A model generated the notes under the pieces. The model ran no database searches. It was given only the letters and a program-made list of their open reading frames with translations, and was not told where the DNA came from. From Tubiluchus corallicola (taxonomy: Eukaryota > Animalia > Priapulida): a DNA stretch of 51,793 nt. Within the stretch, counting starts at the first letter, position 1. Each line of letters begins with the position of its first letter. The position numbers were made by a program, and so were the translations under genes. Below, piece by piece: positions 25,537 to 38,029 of the stretch. The stretch covers positions 1 through 51,793 of the forward strand of contig JAQGDQ010001253.1 in NCBI GenBank assembly GCA_030141605.1, read 5' to 3'.

Positions 25537-26400
25537 CTGACATGAAATCATGTGTCCAGATATTTTCATAAACTCATAAACGGTCCACAACCTTTCCACG
25601 GAACCTCCGGTCACACTTCGCGATAAACACGATATAAATCCGGTAGTAAAGCGTCCGCTGCCCGTAGCGACTTCAACTCTTTCTTCGATTTAATTTGTGC
25701 AAACTTTGTATAAACGGCTATCTCATTTATTTGCCAAGATATGGCAAAATGAGATCAAACATGGCGGCCGTGTCCATTCCATTACAGACAGACCATATCG
25801 TGATCATTAGTTAGGACAATAACCATAACGTGTCGTTTACCGCAAACGCGTCTATCGCGCGAAGAAGTAAACACTTTTGATGAATTTCTTTGTGCTGCGA
25901 CTGTAGTCAGCAGAAACAGTGCCGCCGCTACAAAAACGCGCCCGATAAAAGGGCATAAAACCTCTTTTAATGACTTTACGACTCGCGAAAATTTCCGTTA
26001 TAATGAAAGTGGTAGCCAACTCGGGTCTTTTTGGGATCCAGCCTACATCTGCGAGCCGAGTTTTTTATTATTTTCGAATATCGGTCAGTTAAAGAAAGCC
26101 GCTTCGCTTTGTAACACTTTGCCGCATGATTTATGTTCATCAGGGGTTCCCGTCGAGGAGAAGAGATGACTGGACGAAGGGACGGCCTTTACGACAGGAT
26201 GTGTAGCAGCATTACGTAGTATAACACATCTATAAATCCCTGATACACTCGCCGCCCTTTTGCCCAATTTTATTATTTCGCAAAATTTCCAGCGGGCAAC
26301 CCGGAGCGGGGTTCCATTGTGGAGGCAAAACGATATTACAACCTCGTACAAATAGTTACACCGCGGGACAAAGGTACGACATTTGTACGACGCTATGAAA
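25537..26400 (-). promoter_or_regulatory. CpG-rich candidate promoter/first exon of a minus-strand gene
   Basis: Local CpG/GC enrichment, perfect donor CAG|GTAAGT on the minus strand (acttacctg 25531-25539), YY1-like aacatggcggcc at 25758-25769. Confidence 0.4.
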
Positions 26401-26476
26401 CATTTTAAATACAGCAAATTACTGCCAAGAATAGGGCTATAAAGTGGATCGCAATTATGAAATTACAGAGTAAGAA

Positions 26477-26675
<199 letters not shown>

Positions 26676-26829
26676 ATTTCAGACATATACAGTCTATATA
26701 ACAAGAATAAAAATCAGGTACAAGTAAAAGCACAGACTTAGTTTACAGAAACATAGTAAGCTTATAAACAAGAAAGGGTTAGTTAAATGGGTAAATAAAA
26801 TTCTTTGTCACGACTTAAAAATGGTTGAT

Positions 26830-27440
26830 CTAAAAATTGTATCATTATTGTACAACAAGTTATTAATAACAGTATTCTGACTCAAAAACAGCCTACTTCT
26901 GAGACTAAACCCGGCTTTCCTACGTATGCAAGGAAAAATTTGGTACATTGTATCTAAAAATTGTATCAGTATTGTTATTAATACAGCAAGTTATTAATAA
27001 CAATATTCTGACTCAAAAAACAGCGTACTTCTGAGACTAAACACAGCATTCCTACATATGCAGGAAAAACTGCATATTGTAGCTAACATACGCTTGCCTT
27101 GTACTACAACGACCAGGCAGATTAAAGAGTCCTCTAATGGCATTATCATAAGTAATTGTTTCAATATTCCCTTTATCGTGATGAAACCAGAAACTATTGC
27201 AATAAAACTGTGTACAAAGTACTACAAAATGTCTTCTCTTGACATCAACAGAACAGTTTTTGAACATCCTAATACCACAATTAGCTCTCACACATAATAA
27301 ACCACGTTGATGTTTAATATCAATATGATCTTGCAATGTGTTGGTCAAGATGTGGCCCAAATATTTCTGGTCAACAACGATCTTAACATCTGAACCAGCA
27401 AAACCACAAGAGATTAACATATCTTTTGGGTATGCAATAT
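26830..27440 (-). mobile_element. LINE reverse-transcriptase thumb/C-terminal fragment (clade uncertain, Proto2/RTEX-like) with a local tandem duplication of about 120 bp at its 3' side
   Basis: ORF 27052-27459 contains KYLGHILTNTLQDHIDIKHQRGLLCVRANCGIRMFKNCSVDVKRRHF...C...Y...W...YDNAIRGLFNLPGRCS. 26829-26952 is repeated at 26952-27081. Confidence 0.8.
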
Positions 27441-28269
27441 GAGCATTTGCTTTTACCAATCTTATAACAAATACGTCATTTTTAAAATTTTTTTTTAGAT
27501 TGAGCAGACATGAATAATATACGAACTAAAATGTTTTTTTCTTGAACTGTAAAATATTAATAATAAAATGTGTCTGTTTTTATGAAAATCCTCATAATCA
27601 TGGACTGTATTGAGGTGGAACTGAAATATTTATGCTGGTTTTGTCAACATGCAAAAGTCACTGACAGTGGCACCATTAACTTGATGTTCTTTGTCAGATA
27701 TCAGCGTAATAAAAGTTGATAACAACTTTTTAAGATTATTCAATGAATGGAATCACTGATAGTTTTCTCCTCAAAACTGTCGATTAAAATAAGAATTCAG
27801 CTGTGCTTTTTTCTCAGTTTAGGTAAACGATTTACCTGTTACGTTTTCTACCGATTGTTCTCTTACAAGTTTACAAGTTTTTTATGAGTTCAAGTTAGTT
27901 CATTTCGAACAGTAAGATACAAATTACAAATAGAAATTTACAACACAGCTGAAGAAAAAAAACAACGCGAAAAATTAATATACTTAAACTACAAATAGTA
28001 AAGCTGCGTGGCTGCCGAGACCTAAAAATGGCAAAACAGTCGCATAAATTAAAGGCCACCTCAGGAAGAAATAGAAAAGGAGAAATAGAGGGATGGATGA
28101 AAAGAACGAAAGGGAAGATTTTGATTTGATTTAATATTTTATTTCAAACTTCACGAAGTTCATATGCACATCACAAATTAATACAAATAATACAATAAAT
28201 CATGAAACACAATAATAACACAAATAACAATTAACGATATAACAAACTACGCCAATGACATCTAATTAC

Positions 28270-28562
28270 AGAAGTAAAGTTAGCATCTCTGTTTAAAATG
28301 ATCTTGCATATAAAATTTTCACTGTTATTCAGTCTGACGTATAAACTGTATGCACATTTTCTGTGAATAACATCAAAATAAATAAGATTAAGTCTAGTAG
28401 AAATATATCTTGCGCAGTATCATATGAAAAATTAAACAGCTTCCGTGTTGATATATTATATGCAACCTTGAGTTTGCTAAGATTGTAAGAATAAAAATGT
28501 CTCCAAGTGGACATACAATAAAAAATAGTGCAGTGAGCATTAAACAGTTGTCTCTTCACGAA
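28270..28562 (-). mobile_element. Second LINE fragment related to the 27 kb element
   Basis: VKRQLFNAHCTIFYCMSTW...LSKLKVAYNISTRKLFN parallels VKRRHF..CTQFYC..W...YDNAIRGLFN. Truncated next to the long inverted repeat. Confidence 0.7.
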
Positions 28563-28597
28563 AGAAAAAAAACAGAAGAAAGACAGAGTATGTCGAT

Positions 28598-29590
28598 GTG
28601 ACAATGTTGTGCCAACCAACGATGACAACGATATCAGTAAAATAATAATAAAGTCATTATCACCATTAATAAATTTCAATGCTGAAATGACGAAATTTGT
28701 GTCAACTCACATAGTGCAATAAAGACGGCATATTCTCAGTAATGCAGCTGCATGTTGTGCTTAATTGATGCATATACAAACGATATAATTTTCAATATAA
28801 AAATGATCGCTAGCACCAACTTAAGCAGAGACGGTGGCTTTTCTTCAGATACAAACATCCACAACATTTCGACCAGTTAAGGTCGTGTTCACACAACAAA
28901 CCACCTATATAAAAATACAGTGTAAAAGATACAAAAATAAACATTGTGAGAAGCGAAGAAAACAAATACTAATAGGAGAAACCTTGTCTTCCTCTTACAA
29001 GGTTTCTCCTATTTGCATTGGACAGAGAATGAATTGTGCTGAAGTAATATAATTTTTTTTCTGTCGTTTGGCTTTGTATCACACGATATTAAGTTTACAC
29101 TTTAGTATTTGTCTTGTTTGCTTGTCGCAATGTTGATTTTTGAATCTTTTACACCTTATTTTTATTTAGGTGGTTTGCTGTGTGAACACGATCTTAGCTG
29201 GTCGAAATGTTGTGGATGTTTGTATCTGAAGAAAAGCCACCGTCTCTGCTTAAGTTGGTGCTAGCGATCATTTTTATATTGAAAGTTATATCGTTTGTAT
29301 ATGCACCAATTAAACATAGCATGCAGATACTTTACTGAGAATATGCTGTCTTCATGGCACTATGTGAGTTGACACAAATTTCGTCAATTCAGCATTGAAA
29401 TTTATTAATGGTGATAATGACTTTATTATCATTTTACTGATATCGTTGTCATTTTGGTTGGCACAACATTGTCACTGGGTTGCTGCTTGATCGTGACACA
29501 GGGAATGTCGAAACGCTCCAGATGTTGTGTTTGAATAGAAGCCATGTCTTTGTTTAAGTTGATGCTGGTAATTACTTTTATATAAAGAAT
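28598..29590. mobile_element. Long inverted repeat (arms about 28598-28972 and 29102-29475) plus a diverged tandem subunit; probable PLE-derived pLTR structure
   Basis: Arms of about 375 bp are clear reverse complements with scattered mismatches around a spacer of about 130 bp. Decayed gacc..ggtc-gaaat and tgac..gtc-gaaacg motifs occur at about 29184-29212 and 29487-29518. Confidence 0.7.
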
Positions 29591-30335
29591 TCGTTTCACT
29601 CATTACCAATCAGTTTGTCAACATGTAATTTTCATGTCCCAAATCCATGTTAGTTTATTCTGCAAAAATACAAATTTTCTGTAGTCTACAATTACTACAT
29701 CTACAAAACTACTGAAATAAGTGCTAGAAAATAAGTGCTACAGATCACTACGTTACACTAAAAAGCTAAAATGCATACATACATTGTTGGTCCAATATTG
29801 AGTCGAGAAAAAGCCAGAATGTCAGTAAAAGGTAGAAGCATAATTATAAGTCAAATTTTAAATGTAACAGAGACGTGTGTACATAACAAAGTTCAGCTAT
29901 ACAATGTCAGAGTAGGAAAAGTAGTCTAGCTTGTTGAACTACAGTCTAATATATTGTGGCTTCTGATTCATATACTACTATGAGAAGGGGTAATGAACCA
30001 AAACATTTATGCCTGCAACAGTATCCATGGTTACAAGTGTCTTACTTAAACCTGTTTTCATAGTATACATATAACTCTACGTAAACTCTATTAGCCTTGT
30101 ACACAGGCTTCCTTCTAAGAAGGTACATATAGTTGTAATCACGCAACTTCTTTCTAGCTAACTTGGAGTGATATAACATTCCGTTATGGCTTTCCAATTC
30201 CTCCTTATCGAGGATAATCTGAAACCAGTTATCGGGATGTAGACGTTTTATTTGTAGCTTGTAGTGTTTTATAAACTGTTTCACTTATGCTCATTTTGAC
30301 CAACTAAATTAACTTAAAGTAACCAATGGCTCTTA

Positions 30336-30708
30336 CGTAGCATTTTAGCTCTATTTCTTCTCTGCCTCAAACGTAGAATTTAGCTCTATTTCTTCTCTGC
30401 CTAAAACGTAGAATTTAGCTCTATTTCTTCTCTACTTAAAACGTAGCATTTAGCTCTATTTCTTCTCTGCCTAAAACGTATAATTTAGCTCTATTTTTTC
30501 TGTGCTTAAAGCGTAGCATTTTAGCTCTATTTCTTCTCTACTTAAAACGTAGCATTTAGCTCTATTTTTCCCTGCCTCAAACGTAGAATTTAGCTCTATT
30601 TTTTCTGTGCTTAAAACGTAGAATTTAGCTCTATTTTTTCTCTGCCTAAAACGCATCATTTAGCTCTATTTTTTTCTCTGCCTAAAACGTAGAATGTAGC
30701 TGTATTTA
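30336..30708. repeat. 35-bp minisatellite, about 11 copies
   Basis: Unit aaaacgtagaatttagctctatttcttctctgcct. Confidence 0.95.
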
Positions 30709-31189
30709 TTCACATCACCATTATCATGTAATCGTTTTTTTCCTTATAACCATTGTAAATATCACTTGTTAAATGTTCGTGTAATGTTAACATAGCTAAG
30801 CTCATACTTTAAATTTATCGTTCTTCTTCCCGTAAACGGCATTACTACTCAGAATTTCGATATTAACAAACTTTATTTTAATCATATATTTACACCTGGA
30901 GGAATGCGGACTTGAACTTTGAAACACCAAGGTTTGCAGTCGCCCAATAATTGCTTTCTCCATTATTTCTAAAGAGCTAAAAACAATGAAAGTTCAAAAC
31001 ATTTGCAAAAACAAACCGAATGTGTCAAAATTTTATTTTTTATCTGCGTTCGCGACAGCATCGACAATATTTCGGGAAATCACTGCTCCCTTCATTAGTT
31101 TAATTACATAAAATTAATCACATGGAATTCAAGAGACTTATTTAAGCACAGCAGAAGCAAACCATTCAGATCCATTGGATTGTAATCCA

Positions 31190-31231
31190 ATTTATTTATT
31201 TATTTATTCATTTATTTATTTGTTTATTTGT

Positions 31232-31307
<76 letters not shown>

Positions 31308-31463
31308 TTATTTGTTTGTTTGTTTGTTTGTTTGTTTGTTTGTTTGTTTGTTTGTTTGTTTGTTTGTTTGTTTGTTTGTTTGTTTGTTTGTTTGTTTGTT
31401 TGTTTGTTTGTTTGTTTGTTTGTTTGTTTGTTTGTTTGTTTGTTTGTTTATTTGTTTATTTGT

Positions 31464-31526
<63 letters not shown>

Positions 31527-31527
31527 T
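31190..31527. repeat. (TTTA)n-(TTTG)n-(TTTA)n microsatellite
   Basis: Direct inspection. Confidence 0.95.
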
Positions 31528-32084
31528 ACATGCAATAAAAATTAGCTGCATTAAACAATAAATAACAAACAAGACAGGTTAAAATGGAGGCTGGCAGGAG
31601 AGACACAAAGAGGAAAATTACTACTTACACGTGTCTGCAGAAATACAAATGTGTTTAAAAGTCGATTTTTATTAATTTTTGACTAAATAATGTACATGCA
31701 CACATACATGGCATTTGTTATTTATTTATAACAAATGTTATGTATAAATTTATATATATCTGCACATCCTGACCAATACTCTATATAAAAGTTGAGACAT
31801 AAGTTAAAAACATAAAGCAAAGATTTTAATTGGTTATGAGGAAAATAAAAGGAAAGTTATTTGAAAATTATTTAATACAAGCTAAAATTCAGTAGAAGCG
31901 AAATATTTTGAAATCAATTATAATGAGGCAATATAGCAAACTAAAAGAAATTCCAAGAAACTAGAAACGTTGCAAAATTCTTATCTAATAGAGACTATGT
32001 AAAGCAAAAATAATTTCGAAAATTATTACTTGATGTACAAGAAAATACAGAAAATAAACTAATAATTTATTTAGGCTGAAGAAC

Positions 32085-32926
32085 AAAACAGTAACCATAG
32101 CAACAAGGAGCAAACATGTCAGTTTTGCGTAAATTCCTAGCAACGCTAGTTTCTTCGTTACATTTGGGTTACTTTTGTCAAGAGAATCTGAAAAAAGAAA
32201 ATACAATTACTCATACAGTTACACCTAACAACAGTAACCATAGCAACAGGGAGCAAACACGTCAGTTTTGCGTAAATTTCTAGCAACGCTAGTTTCTTCG
32301 TTACATTTGGGTTACTTTTGTCAAGAGAATCTGAAAATAGTAAATATAATTACCCATACAGTTACACCTAAAAACAGTAACCATAGCAACAGGGTGCAAA
32401 CACGTCAGTTTTGCGTAAATTCCTAGCAACGCTAGTTTCTTCGTTACATTTGGGTTACTTTTGTCAAGAGAATCTGAAAAAAGTAAATATAATTACCCAT
32501 ACAGTTACACCTAAAAACAGTAACCATAGCAACAGGGTGCAAACACGTCAGTTTTGCGTAAATTCCTAGCAACGCCTGGTTATTTTTGTCAAGAGAATCT
32601 GAAAAAAGTAAATATAATTACCTATACAGTTACACCTAAAAACAGTAACCATAGCAACAGGGTGCAAACACGTCAGTTTTGCGTAAATTTCTAGCAACGC
32701 TAGTTTCTTCGTTACATTTGGGCTACTTTTGTCAAGAGAATCAGAAAAAAAGAAAATATAATTACTCATACAGTTACACCTAAAAACAGTAACCATAGCA
32801 ACAGGTAGCAAACACGTCAGTTTTGCGTAAATTCCTAGCAACGCTAGTTTCTTCGTTACATTTGGGCTACTTTTGTCAAGAGAATCTGAAAAAAGAAAAT
32901 ATAACTACCCATACAGTTACACCTAA
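32085..32926. repeat. 143-bp tandem repeat, 6 copies, each with an RFX X-box match
   Basis: gtaaccatagcaac at 32091, 32234, 32377, 32520, 32645 and 32789. Confidence 0.95.
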
Positions 32927-33027
32927 GAATATACTAAAACACATTTTTATTACGAGATTTGAAAATGAATTAAATTTGGGACATTTGGAAAGGTCAGTAT
33001 GGAACAGAGGAAAAAATTATCATATAT

Positions 33028-33306
33028 GGGACATATCTCGTGTATAAGGGACGTCTGGCAACCCTAGGCTAGGGATACCAGAAGGGACATGTCTCGTGTA
33101 TAAGAGACGTCTGGCAACCCTAGGCTAGGGATACCAGATGGGACATGTCTCGTGTATAAGGGACGTCTGGCAACCCTAGACTAGGGATACCACATGGGAC
33201 ATGTCTCGTGTATAAGGGACGTCTGGCAACCCTAGGCTAGGGATACTACATGGGACAATGTCTCGTGTATAAGGGACGTCTGGCAACCCTAGACTAGGGA
33301 TACCAG
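33028..33306. repeat. 56-bp tandem repeat, 5 copies, containing a hAT-like transposon terminus
   Basis: Unit gggacatgtctcgtgtataagggacgtctggcaaccctaggctagggataccagat. Confidence 0.92.
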
Positions 33307-33685
33307 TTTGGCTATGATGTGGTTTAATTCAGCTGTAACAAGGAGAGAGTCGCTTTCAGCATTGAGAACACGCAAAACAGAAATGTTCTCGAAGCTGATT
33401 CAGATAAAATTTGATTAAAAAATATTAGGCATGTCATGTCACTTAAATTATACCGCGAAAGTGCACTCAAAGCAAGGGGTAAGAACTGAGGAATTTATCT
33501 TATTTTCTTATTTGTAACTAAACTTATTATAAAATCTTGTCTCCAAATACTAGAAATGTCTGGAAATATTCTTAAGTGTAACCTGCATTTTGTTTGTAAA
33601 TGATTAGGTATGCAAGGTATGACATATGACAGATGTGTTTGGAAAATTTATACATAAAATTTATACATGTGTTATAGTTAGGCTA

Positions 33686-34800
33686 TCTCAACTTGTATTA
33701 AGAGTTTGATGAGTCTGTCTCAACTTGTAATAAGAATTTGTTGAGTCAGTCTCAACTTGTAATAAGAGTTTGATGAGTTACTCTCAGCTTGTAATAAGAG
33801 ATTGTTGAGTCACTCTCAACTTGTAGTAAGAAATTGTTGAGTCAGTCTCAACTTGTAGTAAGAATTTGTTGAGTCAGTCTCAACTTGTAATAAGAGTTTG
33901 ATGAGTTACTCTCAGCTTGTAATAAGAGTTTGTTGAGTCACTTTCAGCTTGTAATAAGAATTTGTTGAGTCAGTCTCAACTTGTAATAAGAATTTGTTGA
34001 GTCAGTCTCAACTTGTAGTAAGAGATTGTTGAGTCACTCTCAACTTGTAATAAGATTTTGTTGAGTCACTCTCAAATTGTAATAAGAGTTTGTTGAGTCA
34101 GTCTCAACTTGTAATAAGAGTTTGATGAGTCAGTCTCAACTTGTAATAAGAGTTTGTTGAGTCATTCTCAACTTGTAGTAAGAGTTTGTTGAGTCAGTCT
34201 CATCTTGTAGTAAGAATTTGTTGAGTCACCCTCAATTTGTAGTAAGAGTTTGTTGAGTCAGTCTCAACTTGTAGTAAGAGTTTGTTGAGTCAGTCTCAAC
34301 TTGTAATAAGAGTTTGTTGAGTCAGTCTCAACTTGTAATAAGAGTTTGTTGAGTCATTCTCAACTTGTAATAAGAGTTTATTGAGCCAGTCTCAACTTGT
34401 AATAAGAGTTTGTTGAGTCATTCTCAACTTGTAATAAGAGTTTGTTGAGTCACTCTCAACTTGTAGTAAGAAATTGTTGAGTCACTCTCAACTTGTAATA
34501 AGAGTTTGATGAGTCACTCTCAACTTGTAATAAGAGTTTGTTGAGTCACTCTCAACTTGTAATAAGAGTTTGTTGAGTCAGTCGCAACTTGTAATAAGAG
34601 TTTGATGAGTCAGTCTCAACTTGTAATAAGAGTTTGTTGAGTCATTCTCAACTTGTAATAAGAGTTTGTTGAGTCACTCTCAACTTGTAGTAAGAATTTG
34701 TTGAGTCTGTCTCAACTTGTAGTAAGAGTTTGTTGAGTCAGTCTCAACTTGTAATAAGAGTTTGATGAGTCACTCTCAACTTGCAATAAAAGAGTTTGTT
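33686..34800. repeat. 32-bp minisatellite, about 34 copies
   Basis: Unit tctcaacttgtaataagagtttgttgagtca(g/c). Confidence 0.97.
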
Positions 34801-35029
34801 GCAATCGTGACGGAGCGGGTGTATTTTTCAACTACAGTCAAACTCCCAAACTTTTTTTCACTCCCTCTACTGTTGTTGAGAAATTTCACTCACTCACCAT
34901 TTGAAACTTGAGGATGCAGCGTAACACAGAAGATGACTGCATTATGAGTGAGTGCCTCCAGTGCAAACCTTTTGTCTCTACATATTGTAACCCATAATAA
35001 GAGACAGTAATAAGTTCATAATTATCATT

Positions 35030-35365
35030 CATCATCATCATCATCATCATCCAATGAATCACACGTCCAGTGACATTATTCTGCTCACCTCTCTATGCCA
35101 GGACTCCCCGCTCGCCGCAATACCCCATGTGCATTTATTTCTAAGGATCAATGCTAAAGTGTTTAAATCTTTCTGTGCAAAATCTGAATATGTTAACATT
35201 TGTCCTCTTGCAGGTTTTTTAGCTGGTTCTATGGCTTGTTGAAGAGCTATCTTCACTGGAATATCATCAGGTAGTCTAAGCATATGCCCAATCCATCTTA
35301 AACGGCGTCTTTTTATTTTTCTTGTCCAAAGTTCTTCTTTTATTTTTTCACATAGACCTTTGTTT
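35030..35365 (-). mobile_element. RTE-clade LINE 3' end, copy 1
   Basis: WTRKIKRRRLRWIGHMLRLPDDIPVKIAL...W...A...W* followed by a (TGA)n tail. Confidence 0.85.
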
Positions 35366-35682
35366 ATATATCATATATATCATTCCAAATGTCATGAAAA
35401 GTTGAATAGCGACATGCTGCTCTGAAATGATCAAAACGATCATTATTGATTTTCTCTTGATATGTTTAACTACGCCATAAATCATAAGTCATAAGTCATT
35501 TATTTCACATTACACATTTACCATAGTTTCATATACAATATCTAGTGAAAGGGCCTACAATGAACGTAATACAAATAAGAAATACTGCACAAGAAAAGCT
35601 CACCTATATATGAAGGTAAATGTGTTGCGGGCAATCAAAAAGCAGGGCTTGTTAGATTGTCCCACAGAATGTGATGCATTGG

Positions 35683-36176
35683 ATTTATTTATTATTCATT
35701 CTAAAAACGACACATTTACATGTCCACATGTGTCACAAATTGTAAAAATTTAACTCAAATATATAGGATTGGAGAGGTCACACCAGGACACCCAGGACAT
35801 GGCGTTTGATTTATTGGGAGGTTAGTGAAGGGGCATAACAAACGAATTCATTAAATTCTAAATCTGCGAGACCATGGAGTGTTTTGAAACCATTTTCAAA
35901 TAAAATAGTTCTACTTGCGTCTTCTAGGTTATAAGGATTCCAGATTCAAATTTTCAAGTCTTTGTGAATGGTTTCTGTTTCTATCTTTTAAACAAAGGTT
36001 TACAAAATACCTGTGAACAGGTTCAATAGTATCGATTTTTGTTTTTTAATAAGGGCACCAAAATGGCGGACGAAATCTTGTGTCTAAATAACGTATGTGT
36101 CCAAATGACCCATGTGTCCAAATAACCTGTGTGTCCAAATTGAATGTGTCGTTTTTAGAATGAATAATAAATAAAT
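35683..36176. mobile_element. MITE-like element bounded by 34-bp perfect inverted repeats
   Basis: atttatttattattcattctaaaaacgacacatt (35683-35716) and its reverse complement (36143-36176). Subterminal tgtgtccaaat repeats at 36085-36140. Confidence 0.7.
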
Positions 36177-36645
36177 ATATAAACACTTTTCCGGTAGATC
36201 TGAAGCTATACTACTTGCAAAAAAAACAAAATTCTGTGATTAAATTTCAACTGCAGATATTTGTGAAACCCGTGAATGTGAAAAATAAATAGTTTGATAT
36301 TCACTTCTGCTGTTGAAGCTTGCGGATTGGGTTTTCCTATTGGCAAAGTCAGCAAATGAAAAGAATGTCGTGGTGACTTTTGTGACAAATAAAACGAAAA
36401 GACGAGAATTTTTACCACCGTCGTAACGCTAAACTTTATTCTTTTTTTTCGAACGCAATATGCTAGTTTGCCCTTTCATACCAACTCAACAAATGCCTAA
36501 CTTTTTTTCTACAGTTACACGTAAAATCAATTCAATTCAATGGCTTCTCTCTGGGGGGCGAATCGTGAAACCCAAACTTCACGACAAAGAATGAGTTAGC
36601 ATAGGGGTTGCTTTTACCTCTTTGTTTACAAAAGGAGAATAAACC

Positions 36646-36851
36646 ACATAGACGTAGACATAGACATAGACATAGACATAGGCATAGACATAGACATAGA
36701 CATAGACATAGACATAGACATAGACATAGACATAGACATAGACATAGACATAGACATAGACATAGACATAGACATAGACATAGACATAGACATAGACATA
36801 GACATAGACATAGACATAGACATAGACATAGTCATAGACATAGACATAGAA
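36646..36851. repeat. (ACATAG)n microsatellite
   Basis: Direct inspection. Confidence 0.95.
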
Positions 36852-37627
36852 CATTTACTTTCTCCAATTAGTTTAACATGAATTTTTTTTAAAATATTAA
36901 GTATTTATAATCATGGAGCAGGGCAGGGAAGGACCATAGGGTCATCTAGTCTCCAGCCCTTTCTTGTAAATAGATTAGTCATATTTAAAATTAACGGTGA
37001 TGCTGCAGATAACAAAAACAAAAACAAATAAGAAAAAAAATAATAATAAAAACAATATAAATGGTACAAATTATCAAAAAAGAACTGAAAACAAAAAAAA
37101 AATTAAGTTGGATACCAAAATCTAAACAAAACAATACAATTATTCAGTGATTAGGATTGTTATACATAATAGTTTCAAATGGGGTCTTATTAACAGGGGA
37201 AATTGAAACGTCGTCAGCGTCTATACTACTTTGTTGTTTATAATGAAGCCAGAAACCACTAATCAGTGTACAACATTAGCCCATTTTACCATATTATCAG
37301 TATTTACGCAACCTAAATGTTTGTCTTGGAGCAATTACTGCCCCTTTTTCTGAACTTCTCTCGGTAAAACAATCTTAGCTACAGCCGCCACCATGCACGA
37401 GACTTGTTGTAAGTGACTATGCAGTGCTGCCATCTTCTATTGATGTTGTTAACCAAGAGTATAACAATATAAATTATTTATTGTATGCAAAAACTATTTG
37501 TGCCTGCAAACGTGTGAGTTTGAGCTTTTTGCAAATAAACAAATTATCTTCCAAACTCTTCCTTATGAAATTAAATAACGGGTAAACTTTGGCTTTAACT
37601 AACGAAATCGTCTTTTACTTCCGACAG

Positions 37628-37719
37628 GTGTCGCCAGTGAACGGCCGACGCCGAATTTCTCATCTATGGCTATCGTTGCATACGTCCTGCAAACAGGTGG
37701 TGTTATGGCCTAGAAAAGA
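37628..37719 (+). other. Candidate upstream non-coding exon of the guanylyl cyclase gene
   Basis: Strong acceptor tcttttacttccgacag| at 37627, GC/CpG-richer 92-nt block, possible donor aga|gtaatt. Signals only. Confidence 0.25.
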
Positions 37720-38029
37720 GTAATTTTACTCAGAAAAGCATATACCTTAGAAAACAGCTAAATGATAATTAGGTATTTTTTCTAACACGAAAAGAAATTA
37801 CTTTTAAACGGAAAAATTCGTGCAAACGTTGATATCTCTCAGAACTTGAGTGTGCGGGGGCGTGAAATAATCTTGCTCAGTTCAAATAGTTCTGTAAGTT
37901 TTATCGATACGAAGAGACTTCGTAGGTCATATAGCGTGAACTTGTTGAGGATTACACCAAAACCGGATCCAAATCTTAAACGGTGGGTCAAAAACAATCT
38001 ACTCTTTAAAATATTGAAAGGAAACATAC

